NCBI RefSeq assembly: GCF_964355755.1 | Contig: NC_092674.1 | Span: 14,012,001-14,076,000, forward strand | From: Antedon mediterranea | Lineage: Eukaryota > Animalia > Echinodermata | Reading direction: 5' to 3' | Length of the DNA stretch: 64,000 bases | Part shown: piece by piece, positions 12,576 through 24,049 of the stretch | How positions within the stretch are numbered: the first letter of the stretch is position 1 | Layout of the letters: each line of letters starts with the position of its first letter | Program-made: the position numbers and the translations under genes | The notes under the pieces: model-generated | What the model was told of the DNA's origin: nothing | Database searches by the model: none | The model's input: the letters and a program-made list of their open reading frames with translations, nothing else

Positions 12576-13683
12576 CTTAGGACAATCCCTATTTTATGTC
12601 CCTTCTCCTTACAATTAAAGCATAGGCCATTAATCCATTAATTTGAAGGTTCTCTCTGTTGGAAATTTCTACCATAGTTATGGAATTTGCCTCCCCTTCC
12701 GCGATACCTATTGTATCCTTGCTGCCTAGCTCCAGGGTTATTCTGAGTTGTACTATTCTTATGTTTACTATTTTCTTGGCCCTTATAATACGTAGGCTTA
12801 TTTTCAGAATTTACGGCATTCCAATAGCCACGGCCACCTCTATTAGCTATATAATCATCGGCTATCATAGCCATATCATAGCTCTTATTTACTTGTTTAT
12901 CTCTAAGATAAAGCCCCAGATCTTCAGGCATTTTATCAAGTGCCTGTTCCATTATAATCATTTCAATAATGCCTGCAGCATCATCTTCTTTTACATTAGC
13001 ACATTTCATCCAACATTTTAAATAATGGGAGAGCTCATTCAGCCATTCCCTGATGGACATATCTTTAACTCTGTTTGAATTTCTAAATTTAAATCTGTAA
13101 GTCTCTGCGGACACATCATACTTTTCTAAGATTGCCTTCTTTAAGGTATCATAATCTACACATTCTTTTACGGTTAAGGATGCATATGCTGTCCTAGCTT
13201 TACCAGACAGTTCAGGTGCTAACCTAGTGGACCACGTATTCTTATCCCAACCTGTGGCTTCTGCCAAGTGTTCAAATGTTCTAAAATATATATCAATATC
13301 ATCTGATTCCTTCAAAGTAGGAACCTTTACCTTCATCTACTATATTCCTAGCATTACTGTAGCTAGACCTATTTTCTCATTTTCACTCTTTCTTGTGATT
13401 CAATTTTTCTTTGCTCTATATCTGCTTCTAATCTTAATTGGTCTTGTTGGTATTGTAATTCTAACTTTTTGTTTTCGGCCTCGGCCTCGAACTTCATTCG
13501 AAAATATTCGAGCATCATATCTTTAGGCATACCGCCGCGTATTTCGGGAAAATCAATATCCCTAGCCATGTTATCATACATTTCATTGACTTGGTCAACC
13601 TCTTCTTGGTCAACCATATCTTCCCTGGTATCTTTTTCTGACATAGTCTTATCTATATTTTTACCCGATCTTAAAGTTGTCAT
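12570..13683 (-). pseudogene. gag: gag with coiled-coil N-terminus, SCAN-like capsid C-terminal domain and CCHC zinc knuckle (frameshifted)
   Basis: ORFs 13369-13683 and 12638-13336 (LSGKARTAY...KAILEKYDVSAETYRFKFR...IIMEQALDKMPEDLGLYLRDK...ADDY). CFNCKEKGH..RDCP knuckle at ~12575-12625. Confidence 0.88.
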
Positions 13684-14076
13684 GCTAATAACAATTTTAC
13701 TAATGAAATATGTAAACTTATGTATACAAAATATGTTATAAAAGTATTTGTATTACCTTGATTCCATTCAGATATGTAAAAAATATGAAATCCACATAAA
13801 TTTTTTAAATGCAATACAATATAAGACATTAATTTACTTCAAAGTCACAAACAACGTTCCAAGTTCACTCCGTACAAAAATTTACTTTCGAAATAAAAAT
13901 AGTTTACAAAGTCAGCTTTGCAAGTAATATCCAAACAACGCACGGTATAAAAACTGTCAGGAATCCAGATCTTCGTAACCATTTAACTTTTTGGTTACTG
14001 ATTTAACAGGCCCGTAGAGTAGGCACTGTCACTTCTTCTTCTTCTTCTTCTTGATACTTAAATCATGTAAACAAAA

Positions 14077-14094
14077 ATCCCACCGCTGCCACCA
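14077..14094 (-). promoter_or_regulatory. Primer-binding site complementary to the tRNA-Leu 3' end
   Basis: Plus strand ATCCCACCGCTGCCACCA matches the 3' end of metazoan tRNA-Leu(AAG/TAG) including CCA, and abuts the 5' LTR. Confidence 0.9.
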
Positions 14095-14485
14095 TGTAGT
14101 GAATATTTAGTTGGTTCCGAGCTTTCTCAGGCGTATATATTTCCACGCGACGTACACTGCTGTCACTGAATGATAACTCATACAAAAAGTATATTTAACT
14201 CAACTAGAACTTTTATTCCTTGTATCTCGATTAATACATCTTTCTACCACTACGAAGTCTTATTTTCTTTATCATCTTTCCGTTTATCTACTCTGATCTT
14301 ATTCTCTCTTCTTCTAATATCTATTACATTCCACTTTTATACTGGACATGCAAATTTTAGGCTTCAGAGGAGGATAACATTTTCCCTCCAAAATTTATAC
14401 GATTTTGATTGGCTAATAATATAAGGCGGACCTGGTCTAAAGCATCCTTCTCTAAACACAGAGAATCACAACATTTAATATGACA
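14095..14485 (-). repeat. 5' LTR (391 bp)
   Basis: Direct repeat of 6732-7126. Confidence 0.96.
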
Positions 14486-15937
14486 ATACAATACATTTGA
14501 GGAAATAAATCAAACTTTCATGTGGAAAGTAAAAATGTTATGTCCTACAGTTGCTGGACAGACACACTAAGCTAAATTGCTTGATGTCCATAATATTTCT
14601 ACTACTGTTGTTACGTTAGTGGTTAATGCTACATTAGTGGTTGATTGTTACGTTAGTGGGTGATACATTGTTTGCACAATACACAACCACACAGTTTTAT
14701 TTGTTTTTTTGGGTGTACTAATACAAGTGGTAATGATAACACGTGCGATTCATCGTGATCGAAAAAAAAAAAAGTTGTGTGCAAACAGTAAAGTAGAATA
14801 ATGTCTAATGGAGTACATCACAAAATAAAAAAGTTAATACAGATGATAACGAATGATTACGAAAACAAAAACATTGAAAACAGCGACGAGAGACACGAAA
14901 CCCAGAAAAATCTCTGTTTTTTATATTTTTTGAAAACATAGACTCCATCACAATCTTCTCAATATTAGGCTGTATAAGGTTTTCAATATTTCCCAAAAAC
15001 CTTTACCCTTTATATACCCATTACGTAGAGTTAGCGTTAAATAATGACAGAAGAAACAACTTTTAATTCATTAACATCAAAGTGTTTGTAAGAGAGAAAG
15101 AGGCAGACAGAGTTAAAAGAAAGAGAATTTAACGCGAATTCAAATGGCTTTTCCTCCGCTACAAATTATATCAGAGAGAATGCATTGATTGTGTAAATAT
15201 GAAATAGATATAGCAACATCATTACACCTTGCTATTCATTTTATGTCACAACAATTAAAAATATAGTCCAACATCGTGACGGTCGTTCAGTAATTATTTA
15301 CTGGAAATAATATCGCATTATGTCTTCAGCCGTTTTTCATACAGTATTCCATATAGGATGAAGTTTGCTGTTGAAAAGCGACACTGGTGCAGTTGTTTAT
15401 GACATAACTGAATAACGCATAAATAGGCTTGATTTACAACTTACAACTTATTTTGTGTTAACTTGATGTTTCATTGAATTCAATGAAACATCTATGCGTC
15501 TTTTAAAGCTTCTCTTACATTCGTTGTAATAAACTTCTCACTTCGTTCATGCAATATTTAGATGTTATGGTTTAATAGACCGGCTTCAGAGTGAGATGAG
15601 GTGCCACCCGGAAATGACATTAATGACACATTGTTTTCTTGGGTCCTTATATGTATACGAACAGAAAGGTTACAGGAAAACGCACATTTTGGGGTGGGTT
15701 GAGGTGATAAGTCAAAATGGCCGCCAAAATAGTCGAATGTTTAAAAAAAATACATTGTTGTCAGTAACTATTGTCTTGAAACAGAAATAAGACCATTAAT
15801 ATGATCACATAACTATCAACACGCATATTTGTATAATGATTGCATGCTTTAAATTTATTATAGTGTACACCTTTTAAGCAAAATTAAATCGAAGTGTTTT
15901 GAAATGACACATATGACACTAAATATGAATAACTTAC

Positions 15938-16036
15938 GTGGTTCAAATGATTTACGTCTGCTCCAACTTTGATGAGATACATACATGTACGCACGTGACC
16001 ATTACTTGCAGCGGTTACAATAGGTGTATTCCCGTA
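15938..16036 (-). CDS. Ankyrin-repeat exon of host gene (99 bp, phase 0)
   Basis: ttgcag|YGNTPIVTAASNGHVRTCMYLIKVGADVNHLNH|gtaagt. Confidence 0.92.
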
Positions 16037-17324
16037 CTGCAAAAAGTGATAATAGTTAATACTTCATACACAATAACAGATTGCTGATAGAAGATGCGAT
16101 ACTTTGAGTACTTTACAATTATAAACGACGTTTACAAGGATAGTAAACCTTTGCACACGAGTCGCAGATAATTGACATACAGTAATGAGTATAGTTTTAA
16201 TCTTATACTTTTGACTCTATTCTGGTTTTGCTATTCGTGTACCAGGAATACGTTAGTAGTTATACACATAATTAAATACATAAAACTAATTAAAATGTAA
16301 ACCAATTATAAGAGATTAGATCTAAGGTTTCTTCTCTGTGTGAAAGTAATCGTATTTAGCTAGCTTCTAATGCTGTATCTGCCTCAGACAGATTGCCTTT
16401 CCTCTGATGAAGGTGGGCACTACACAAGAGAAGCCCTTGATCAATGTTAGGACCAATCAAGGTGCTTTAAACAGTCCTGGCTTAGTCATCACTCAGATGA
16501 ATATAAGAATAAAATGACACTACTGTCGTTCGCGACAGACGTCGTATGCATAGTCTATTAAGACTGATGCAGGAAAAAAAAGAAAAACAAATGCTGTATA
16601 GGCTAAATTTAGTTACACAAATAAAAACATGAAGCCATGAGAAGAAACACTCGGGATTACCATCTTAGAAATTAAATTCATGGCTAATGCCTCTATGTTA
16701 ATATTTGAAGTAAACATCGGATCTTGGCATTGGTGTTCACACATGTGTTGGAAAATCAAATATTCTTTAAAATAATTAAGAAAACAAATAGTAAATATTT
16801 AATTTATGTTTTTAATTAAGTCTAAAAAAAAGAATTGTTTATCGTAATATGATATTTATCACCAAATACGCATGATTAAACTTGCCTAGCTAGGCCTAGT
16901 GTTTAGGCACAATGTATTCCTTGATTTGTTTTAATACGAGCGGCGTGTTGTGTGCGAGACACGTGCGTTGCGTTAGACTTCCTGTCAAAGCAAGAAATCA
17001 AAACGAACAAGTACGTGAACGCAACCGAACCACGCACAGCAAAATTCTGATTCTTGTTTTAAGAAAAAAAAAACTTGTTTCAAGCAAAATATTTCTTGAA
17101 ACAAGTAAATTTTGACTTGTCCGTATTTCAATACTTTTTGGCTTACCAAGAATCGTAAAATTCTTAACAAGAATCACACAAATTCTTATCAAGAAAATTA
17201 TTCTTACCAAGAAATAATACTTTAAGAACAATATTCTTACCAAGAATTTAATTGCTTTTTTCATTCTTGTTTTAAGCAGTATCTGCCTTAAAATAAGTAA
17301 CAATTTATCGATTTTTTAAAATAG

Positions 17325-20160
17325 AATTCTTGTTTCAAGCAATATTTTTCTTAAAATAAGTAAGAATATCCGATTTGTATTTTTTGAATTCTTGTTTCAA
17401 GCAATATTTTTCTTAAAATAAGTAAGAATATTCCGATTTGTATTTTATAGAATTCTTGTTTCAAGCAATATATTTCTTAAAATAAGTAAGAATATTCCGA
17501 TTTGTATTTTTTGAATTCTTGTTTCAAGCAAAATATTTCTTAAAATAAGTAAGAATATTCCGATTTTTATTTGTAGAATTCTTGTTTCAAGCAATATTTT
17601 TCTTAAAATAAGTAAGAATATTCCGATTTGTATTTTTTAGAATTCTTGTTTTAAGCAATATTTTTCTTAAAATAAGTAAGAATATTCCGATTTTTAATTT
17701 TAATATTCTTGTTTCAAGCAATATATTTCTTAAAATAAGTAAGAATATTCCGATTTGTATTTTTTGAATTCTTGTTTCAAGCAATATTTTTCTTAAAATA
17801 AGTAAGAATATTCCGATTTGTATTTTATAGAATTCTTGTTTCAAGCAATATATTTCTTAAAATAAGTAAGAATATTCCGATTTGTATTTTTTTGAATTCT
17901 TGTTTCAAGCAAGATATTTCTTAAAATAAGTAAGAATATTCCGATTTTTATTTTTTGAATTCTTGTTTCAAGCAATATTTTTCTTAAAATAAGTAAGAAT
18001 ATTCCGATTTGTATTTTTTGAATTCTTGTTTCAAGCAATATTTTTCTTAAAATAAGTAAGAATATTCCGATTTGTATTTTTTGAATTCTTGTTTCAAGCA
18101 AAATATTTCTTAAAATAAGTAAGAATATTCCGATTTTTATTTGTAGAATTCTTGTTTCAAGCAATATTTTTCTTAAAATAAGTAAGAATATTCCGATTTG
18201 TATTTTTTAGAATTCTTGTTTTAAGCAATATTTTTCTTAAAGTGGAGCTACACTCAGACTTTCTCAGCTTATATTATGTTTAAGTATGTTTAATTGAAAG
18301 TGATTACTAAAAAAAACAGGGAAAATACGGAAATATTTTCCAAAAACTCATTTCTAAAAAATCGGTCAGAAAATAGTGTTTTTTAATACATTACACTTTT
18401 TCAGTAACTTAGGGGTTATTAGTTTACAATACGTCGTGAAACGCGTTACACTTAGTAACTGACGCGTTTTAGTCGCCGGTGAACGCATGGGTGAAATGTC
18501 TCCCCTTGGTAAATTATGTGTCGAAAAATGGGGAATACATTTTATACGATTTGTTTAGGCCTAGGCCTAAGTAATATTTCCGATAAAAATGTCAGTATAA
18601 TCAGGGAGCAACTCCCTGGTATAATTTACATGTATTGTAACCTCATGATTTGCACTGTACAACAACAGCATAATAATCTTATCAGATTGTTTATTAACTT
18701 TAAGCTAGGGCCAGGCATAGCTAAGCCGTCTGCTCAGCCTAGCTAGCCTTGAATTTTTTGTCTAGGCTAGCTATATGCATTCATGGGTTTGACAATTCTT
18801 GGTCGTTTCGCCCCATTTATCATTCCTGGGTTTTCTCGCACATTAGAATTGTGAAACACAAAATCCTATACAGAACAAGAGTAGTAAAGCGATGTGGAAG
18901 CTTAGGCCTGACTGAAAAGCAAACTATTCAGGCACCCTATCATGGCCCATATGGGTAGGCCGAGGTTGGGTGACAGCAGAACAAACTTCACTGCTGAGTG
19001 TCAGCCTAGCAGCTGGAGCCCAAGCAGCATCGGTACATACCTACACTCTAGTAGGCCTAGGCCTAGCTTTATTGAATATATAGCCACATCTTTCTCAAAT
19101 CTCGTTAGATTTGACATTTTAGTAATAAGTCTCATAATCGCATTATTACACTGTGAAACATGATAGGGTCACATTCAGAATGTTTTAATATACTTTTTGC
19201 CTGTCAAAAATAACATCGCGACAAAATAACAGATCGCCAGCTGCAGTAGTGTGATTGTGAAAAATGTCACGTGATCATACTCCCTAGCAAAATAAAAAAC
19301 CCAATTGGACCCGAACGGGGGAAAGTGTCTATTTACGCAAAATTGCGCAATGTATACGCGATAACTATACCAGAAATAGAAAGATCTGGAAAAATTACAT
19401 AAAACTACATTTAAAATTTTTTTTTTAGTGAAGAAATTAATTTTTTAGCATTATTCAAATATACCCCCCTTTTGCATGTAAAAGAATAGGAAATTACAAG
19501 GTATCCCCCCAAAACGCAAAAAGGCGTGATTTTCAAGAAACTCGTACTCATTGAAAAAAAAATCAAAAAAATATGAAGTATGGGGGATGATATTTTTAAA
19601 TAATAGTTGAAATGTATGAAAAATAGTAATTTTCTGGGTGGAGCTCCACTTTAAAATAAGTAAGAATATTCCGATTTTTAATTTTAATATTCTTGTTTCA
19701 AGCAATATATTTCTTAAAATAAGTAAGAATATCCGATTTGTATTTTTTGAATTCTTGTTTCAAGCAATATTTTTCTTAAAATAAGTAAGAATATTCCGAT
19801 TTGTATTTGTTTGAATTCTTGTTTCAAGCAATATTTTTCTTAAAATAAGTAAGAATATTCCGATTTGTATTTTTTGAATTCTTGTTTCAAGCAATATATT
19901 TCTTAAAATAAGTAAGAATATTCCGATTTTTATTTGTAGAATTCTTGTTTCAAGCAATATTTTTCTTAAAATAAGTAAGAATATTCCGGTTTGTATTTTT
20001 TAGAATTCTTGTTTTAAGCAATATTTTTCTTAAAATAAGTAAGAATATTCCGATTTATATTTTTAGTTTTCTTGTTTCAAGCAATATATTTCTTAAAATA
20101 AGTAAGATCCGATTTTTATTTGTAGAATTCTTGTTTCAAGCAAAACTTTTTTTAAAATAA
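17325..20160 (+). repeat. 63-bp tandem array (~22 units) at the left end of the EnSpm-like element, interrupted at 18241-19650
   Basis: Unit GAATTCTTGTTTCAAGCAATATTTTTCTTAAAATAAGTAAGAATATTCCGATTTGTATTTTTT. About two inverted copies follow at ~20190-20320. Confidence 0.95.
18241..19650. mobile_element. Non-autonomous Kolobok-like element (1410 bp)
   Basis: TTAA duplicated on both sides. 18-bp TIR AGTGGAGCT(A/C)CAC(T/C)CAGA with AG...CT termini. Confidence 0.85.
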
Positions 20161-20600
20161 GTAAACAAGAAGTCTATCAAATAAAAACCAGTAAATGTTT
20201 ACTTATTTTAAGAAAAGTATTGCTTGAAACAAGAATTCTATCAAATTAAAATTCGTAAATTCTTACTTATATTGGGAAAAAAATTGCTTGAAACAAGAAT
20301 TCTATAAAATATAAATCATTAAAAATTTATTTTAAGAACGATAAATGAATACTCATTTTAAGTAATATTTTACTTAAACAAATAAATTCAAGAATGTTAT
20401 TAAACATAATATTAACAATACTGTTATTTTCATTAAGAACTACAATTTACATGACATTAGGTACAATAATATATACAACTTCTTTAAAACAAACTTGTTT
20501 TTATTAATAATAAAATGCCATCAAAAGAAAACTTAAAAACATTAAAATGGTAAAATACAAATTTCGTAAAATTCTTCTCCCGCACCTGGGCTTTAAACTA

Positions 20601-22712
20601 TTAGGTGTCTTTAAATTTATTAATGTATACTAATGATGATTCAACAGCCTTTGTCAAGTGTACAGGTGTGTTTTCATCACAAATCACTAACTGTTAATGG
20701 ATAGTGAGGCCTACTTCTTTTCATTTTGGATAATCGAAATCCAGAAGGTAAAAAGTGGAGAGGAGAGTAACTAGAGCCTCATCTAATTTTGCTTTCTTTG
20801 TAGTTAGAATTGTTTGCTAAACTTTAATGTAGGCCATTTCTGTGTCCAAAAGCAATACCGGCATATTACCTGATCGGCGTGAAGACCAGGATTCTGGATC
20901 TTTATTCATGTTCCTAAAAATGAAAAGAGATTAATATAGTTTTAGTTATTACTGTATTTAAAATATGTGTAACATCATCAACTAATTGGGTACGGTGTGG
21001 TTTTAGAGTCCTATATCTGGGGCGGTAAACACAAAAACATGACGCAATATTAGAACGGTGGTAAGAATAATTTTACATTATAAGACATAAGGGTGGGTGG
21101 AATATGCATTTGAACTTTTTAATCACAAACTTTGCCCTGTTTATACCGATCCCAAAGACAGGCCTGGCTGTATCTATTATTTTTAGTTAAATTATTAGGG
21201 TCTAAATTTATTTTTAATATTACTATTTAGGAAGACAATACGCAAAACGGTGCTCAATCCTGATTGATGTTTTTATTCCGTATCAATGTTTATAATAACA
21301 ATCATACAATTAAATGTAAATTTTGTTTAATTGTTTGATTTTAATAAATTATTGTAAACATAGTATATACCTCGAATTTTAAGCTAAGATAAATTTGATT
21401 TTAAAAAAACACTTTTTTTTAATGTACATAATGTTACTTGTATTTTAAATTTTAAAAAACACTAAATACCTTCAAGGTCGGCAGACTTTTTTTGATGAGT
21501 TTTTCCCAACAAATATGTTTGACAGATTTGACAACATATGGGTTATCTTTGAACCTAACCAAAAATAACAAATTGAAAACATTATATTATATAAATTTAT
21601 TTAAATGAGTGGAATAATGTATGGACATAAACTTGATATACTGTAGCTCAAATTTTTAATAATGTAGCCTACAGTTTTGTAGGTGGTCAATGTAAAAGGA
21701 AGGGGAAAGGGTGGGCTGGCCAGGAGAGCATTAATATGTCAAAAATTAATATTCATAAGTCATTTATTTAATTTTAGTTGTCAAAGGGAGGAGTGCATGA
21801 CACTAGCTTGAGTCGAACCAAGCTGTTAAAAATACGTACACAATATGTACACGTATTTTCCTCACTACCATTGGTCCATTATAAAACTATTTATGAATAG
21901 ATAAAAGTACAAAAACATACACTGTACTTACCAGATGGAGGACTGGTGTTTCTCTTTAAAATACCAAAATAAACTATATTATTCTCTTCTTTGGAAAAAT
22001 TTGCTAAGCACTTTTTTAAAAAGCTTTCTTTTGTATTTCATTCCTCTTTGCCTAGTAATAATTAGTATCCTTCGAACTTCTTCAATTACCTAACAAATAA
22101 TTTAAGATATTGTAAATAACACAGTTTTTTAAAAAGAAATTTAATATAACAATTTTAGTTATGCAGTACGTATGTTTTTTGTTTGTTTTTTTAGTATGTT
22201 TTTTTTTAAATTTAGAGTTAAAAACATAAAGTTTCAATATCGATGTGATCACTTCGGGGATTACTTAGTGTGTACAACTAATTAAATATAAAGAAGTGTT
22301 TTTAAATGTCATTATATTTCTCATTGGAATATGTGTATATAATACAGTATAATCCTTCGTAGATATTTCATGGCTACATTACAAAATAACTGTTACATTA
22401 TAATTGTATTATCTATTATTAGGCCTTCCTTATACCTAGCTGAAATAGGTCCGACAATATTTGTCCCCTCTGTCAATGTCTGAACTAAAATGCTAAGCTA
22501 AACCTATACACCTGTCCGTCAGTACAGGCATAGTAGGCTAGCCTAGACTTACTAGTTCCAGGCCTACAGTATTACTAGCTAGGAAGGAGCCTAGGCTAGG
22601 CCTAGACTGCTGGCAGATTAAAATATAATTATTAGGCCTACGAACCTGTTAAAATGTTGGCCACTTCTTCATCTATTTCTCGGATCTTCAACAAAGCGTC
22701 TTCCTCCGACAT
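20601..22712 (-). pseudogene. Intron-containing accessory gene of the EnSpm-like element (SAMD3-like C-terminus), with stops
   Basis: First exon 22712-22646 MSEEDALLKIREIDEEVANILT|gt. Last exon 20913-20601 ...PVLLLD...DEALVTLLSTFYLLDFDYPK*KEVGLTI... Candidate internal exons near 21470-21555 and 21932-22090. Confidence 0.6.
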
Positions 22713-23059
22713 TATATTAGACTAATCTTACTAGGCCTATTGAAGCATTTAATATATAAATTGCGATGAAAGGTGTCTTTTACTTACAAACTCTAGATTT
22801 TGAATGATTACTTTAAAAAACCGTTGGCCATGATCCCGCCGGGAGCTAGGTCATCGACCACACACAGTGTTGTTTTTCAACTATAACCAAAAATTTATCG
22901 CTGGCCTTTTACCCAGAATGTATAAGGTCATTATACTGCTCAACGTTAAAGCATGGAGGTATAAACCTCCATGGTGGTTAAAGCAAATCTGTAAAACGTC
23001 TGGACTAACAGTAATACGACAGACAATAATAATGACACATGTTTGTTGCAGTCCGAAAA

Positions 23060-24040
23060 AAAGCGATAAGTTGGTGCCAGTAAACTGAAGTAGGTACAGT
23101 ATTTGCTACCCTATTTGCTAAGGCATTATAATTCAATTCATGGAAATACTCCGAATTTTCGAGTAACATGTGGAATTGGTGGTTCGCTGTCTGCCCGGCA
23201 AGCTTTGAAATTTACAATTCGTTTTACAAGCATGTCATAAGACGCCATTTTAAGGACGAGTATAACAATCGGCAACCTCCTGCAGTTGACGATGGAAACA
23301 TCAGTAATAAGTATGCCTGGAGAAAACGAGGATGCCAATTGAGGATGAAGTAGAACTAGGCCTAGACTAGGAGACTGACGAAGTTAATGAAGAAAAAAAC
23401 TATTATAACGGGGATGATTTATCAACTGACGATAGTAGTAGTGATAATTCTAGTATTGTTATACTGTTAATGATTGTTTAATATTAATTATCTTGTTGAT
23501 GCTCAGCAAGAAGGCCTACTAACTAGAGGATGAACAAGCAGATAATAGTATAAAAAATGCTGATTTCTTTCTACTAAAATTAAAGGAGAGAAACAAGATT
23601 CCACAGGTAAGCCATTTTGCTTTAAAATTACAACAATTATGCATTTTAAACTATTTTTTATTAGAGAAATACGTCTATTTCCTAGGCCTTGCTGGTACTG
23701 TTATATACAGGACTATTAGCTATAGTAACTATAGGACTTGGGTACTAGGCCTAGGCCTAGGCATTATACACTCTAAGTTTATGTTGCATTTTTTTGTGAC
23801 CAATTTCATTGTTACAAATAACATTTTTTTTGTTAGGCTGCATAGCTCCCCAACTAAAGCACAACTTAGTTTTTAAACATATTAAAACTTGAATATAAAA
23901 AATATTAAATCAATATTATTTTCTTTAGGTGGTTGCAGTGCAATCGATTATTCAAAGCACGAACAGTTTGATTACCCAGATTCTTTCATCAGTTGAAACT
24001 GAAGTGCTAACTGCTCTACCGTTGTGTGAATATAAGGATA
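23060..24040 (+). pseudogene. N-terminal exons of an EnSpm-type transposase (C2H2 finger); catalytic region deleted
   Basis: LLRHYNSIHGNTPNFRVTCGIG../CPASFEIYNSFYKHVIRRHF, then NADFFLLKLKERNKIPQ|gtaag (~23606), then tag|VVAVQSIIQSTNSLITQIL (~23929). Confidence 0.7.
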
Positions 24041-24049
24041 TTGACAATC

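Larger units (their letters stand above)
6732..14485 (-). mobile_element. Full-length Gmr1-like Ty3/gypsy LTR retrotransposon
   Basis: Two near-identical LTRs (TGT...ACA), flanking ATACA direct repeats (6727-6731 and 14486-14490), PBS, PPT, and gag and pol ORFs in PR-INT-RT-RNaseH order. Confidence 0.96.
5893..14666. mobile_element. Old TIR DNA element with subterminal ACCACTAACGTAACA repeats, split by the LTR retrotransposon
   Basis: Repeats of ACCACTAA(C/T)GTAAC at 5900-5996 recur in inverted orientation at 14606-14662. Confidence 0.55.

Noticed and set aside
11818-13741. Plus-strand ORFs antisense to gag/pol (likewise 396-731, 3519-5093, 37510-37779)
   Set aside because: Shadow ORFs opposite real TE coding frames; no recognisable motifs.
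14077-14094. tRNA-Leu gene
   Set aside because: Only the 3' 18 nt including CCA are present, adjacent to the LTR, so this is a primer-binding site.
17587-19957. ORFs with repeated LETRIQKIQIGIFLLILR peptides
   Set aside because: Translation artefacts of the 63-bp satellite; they shift frame with single-base indels.
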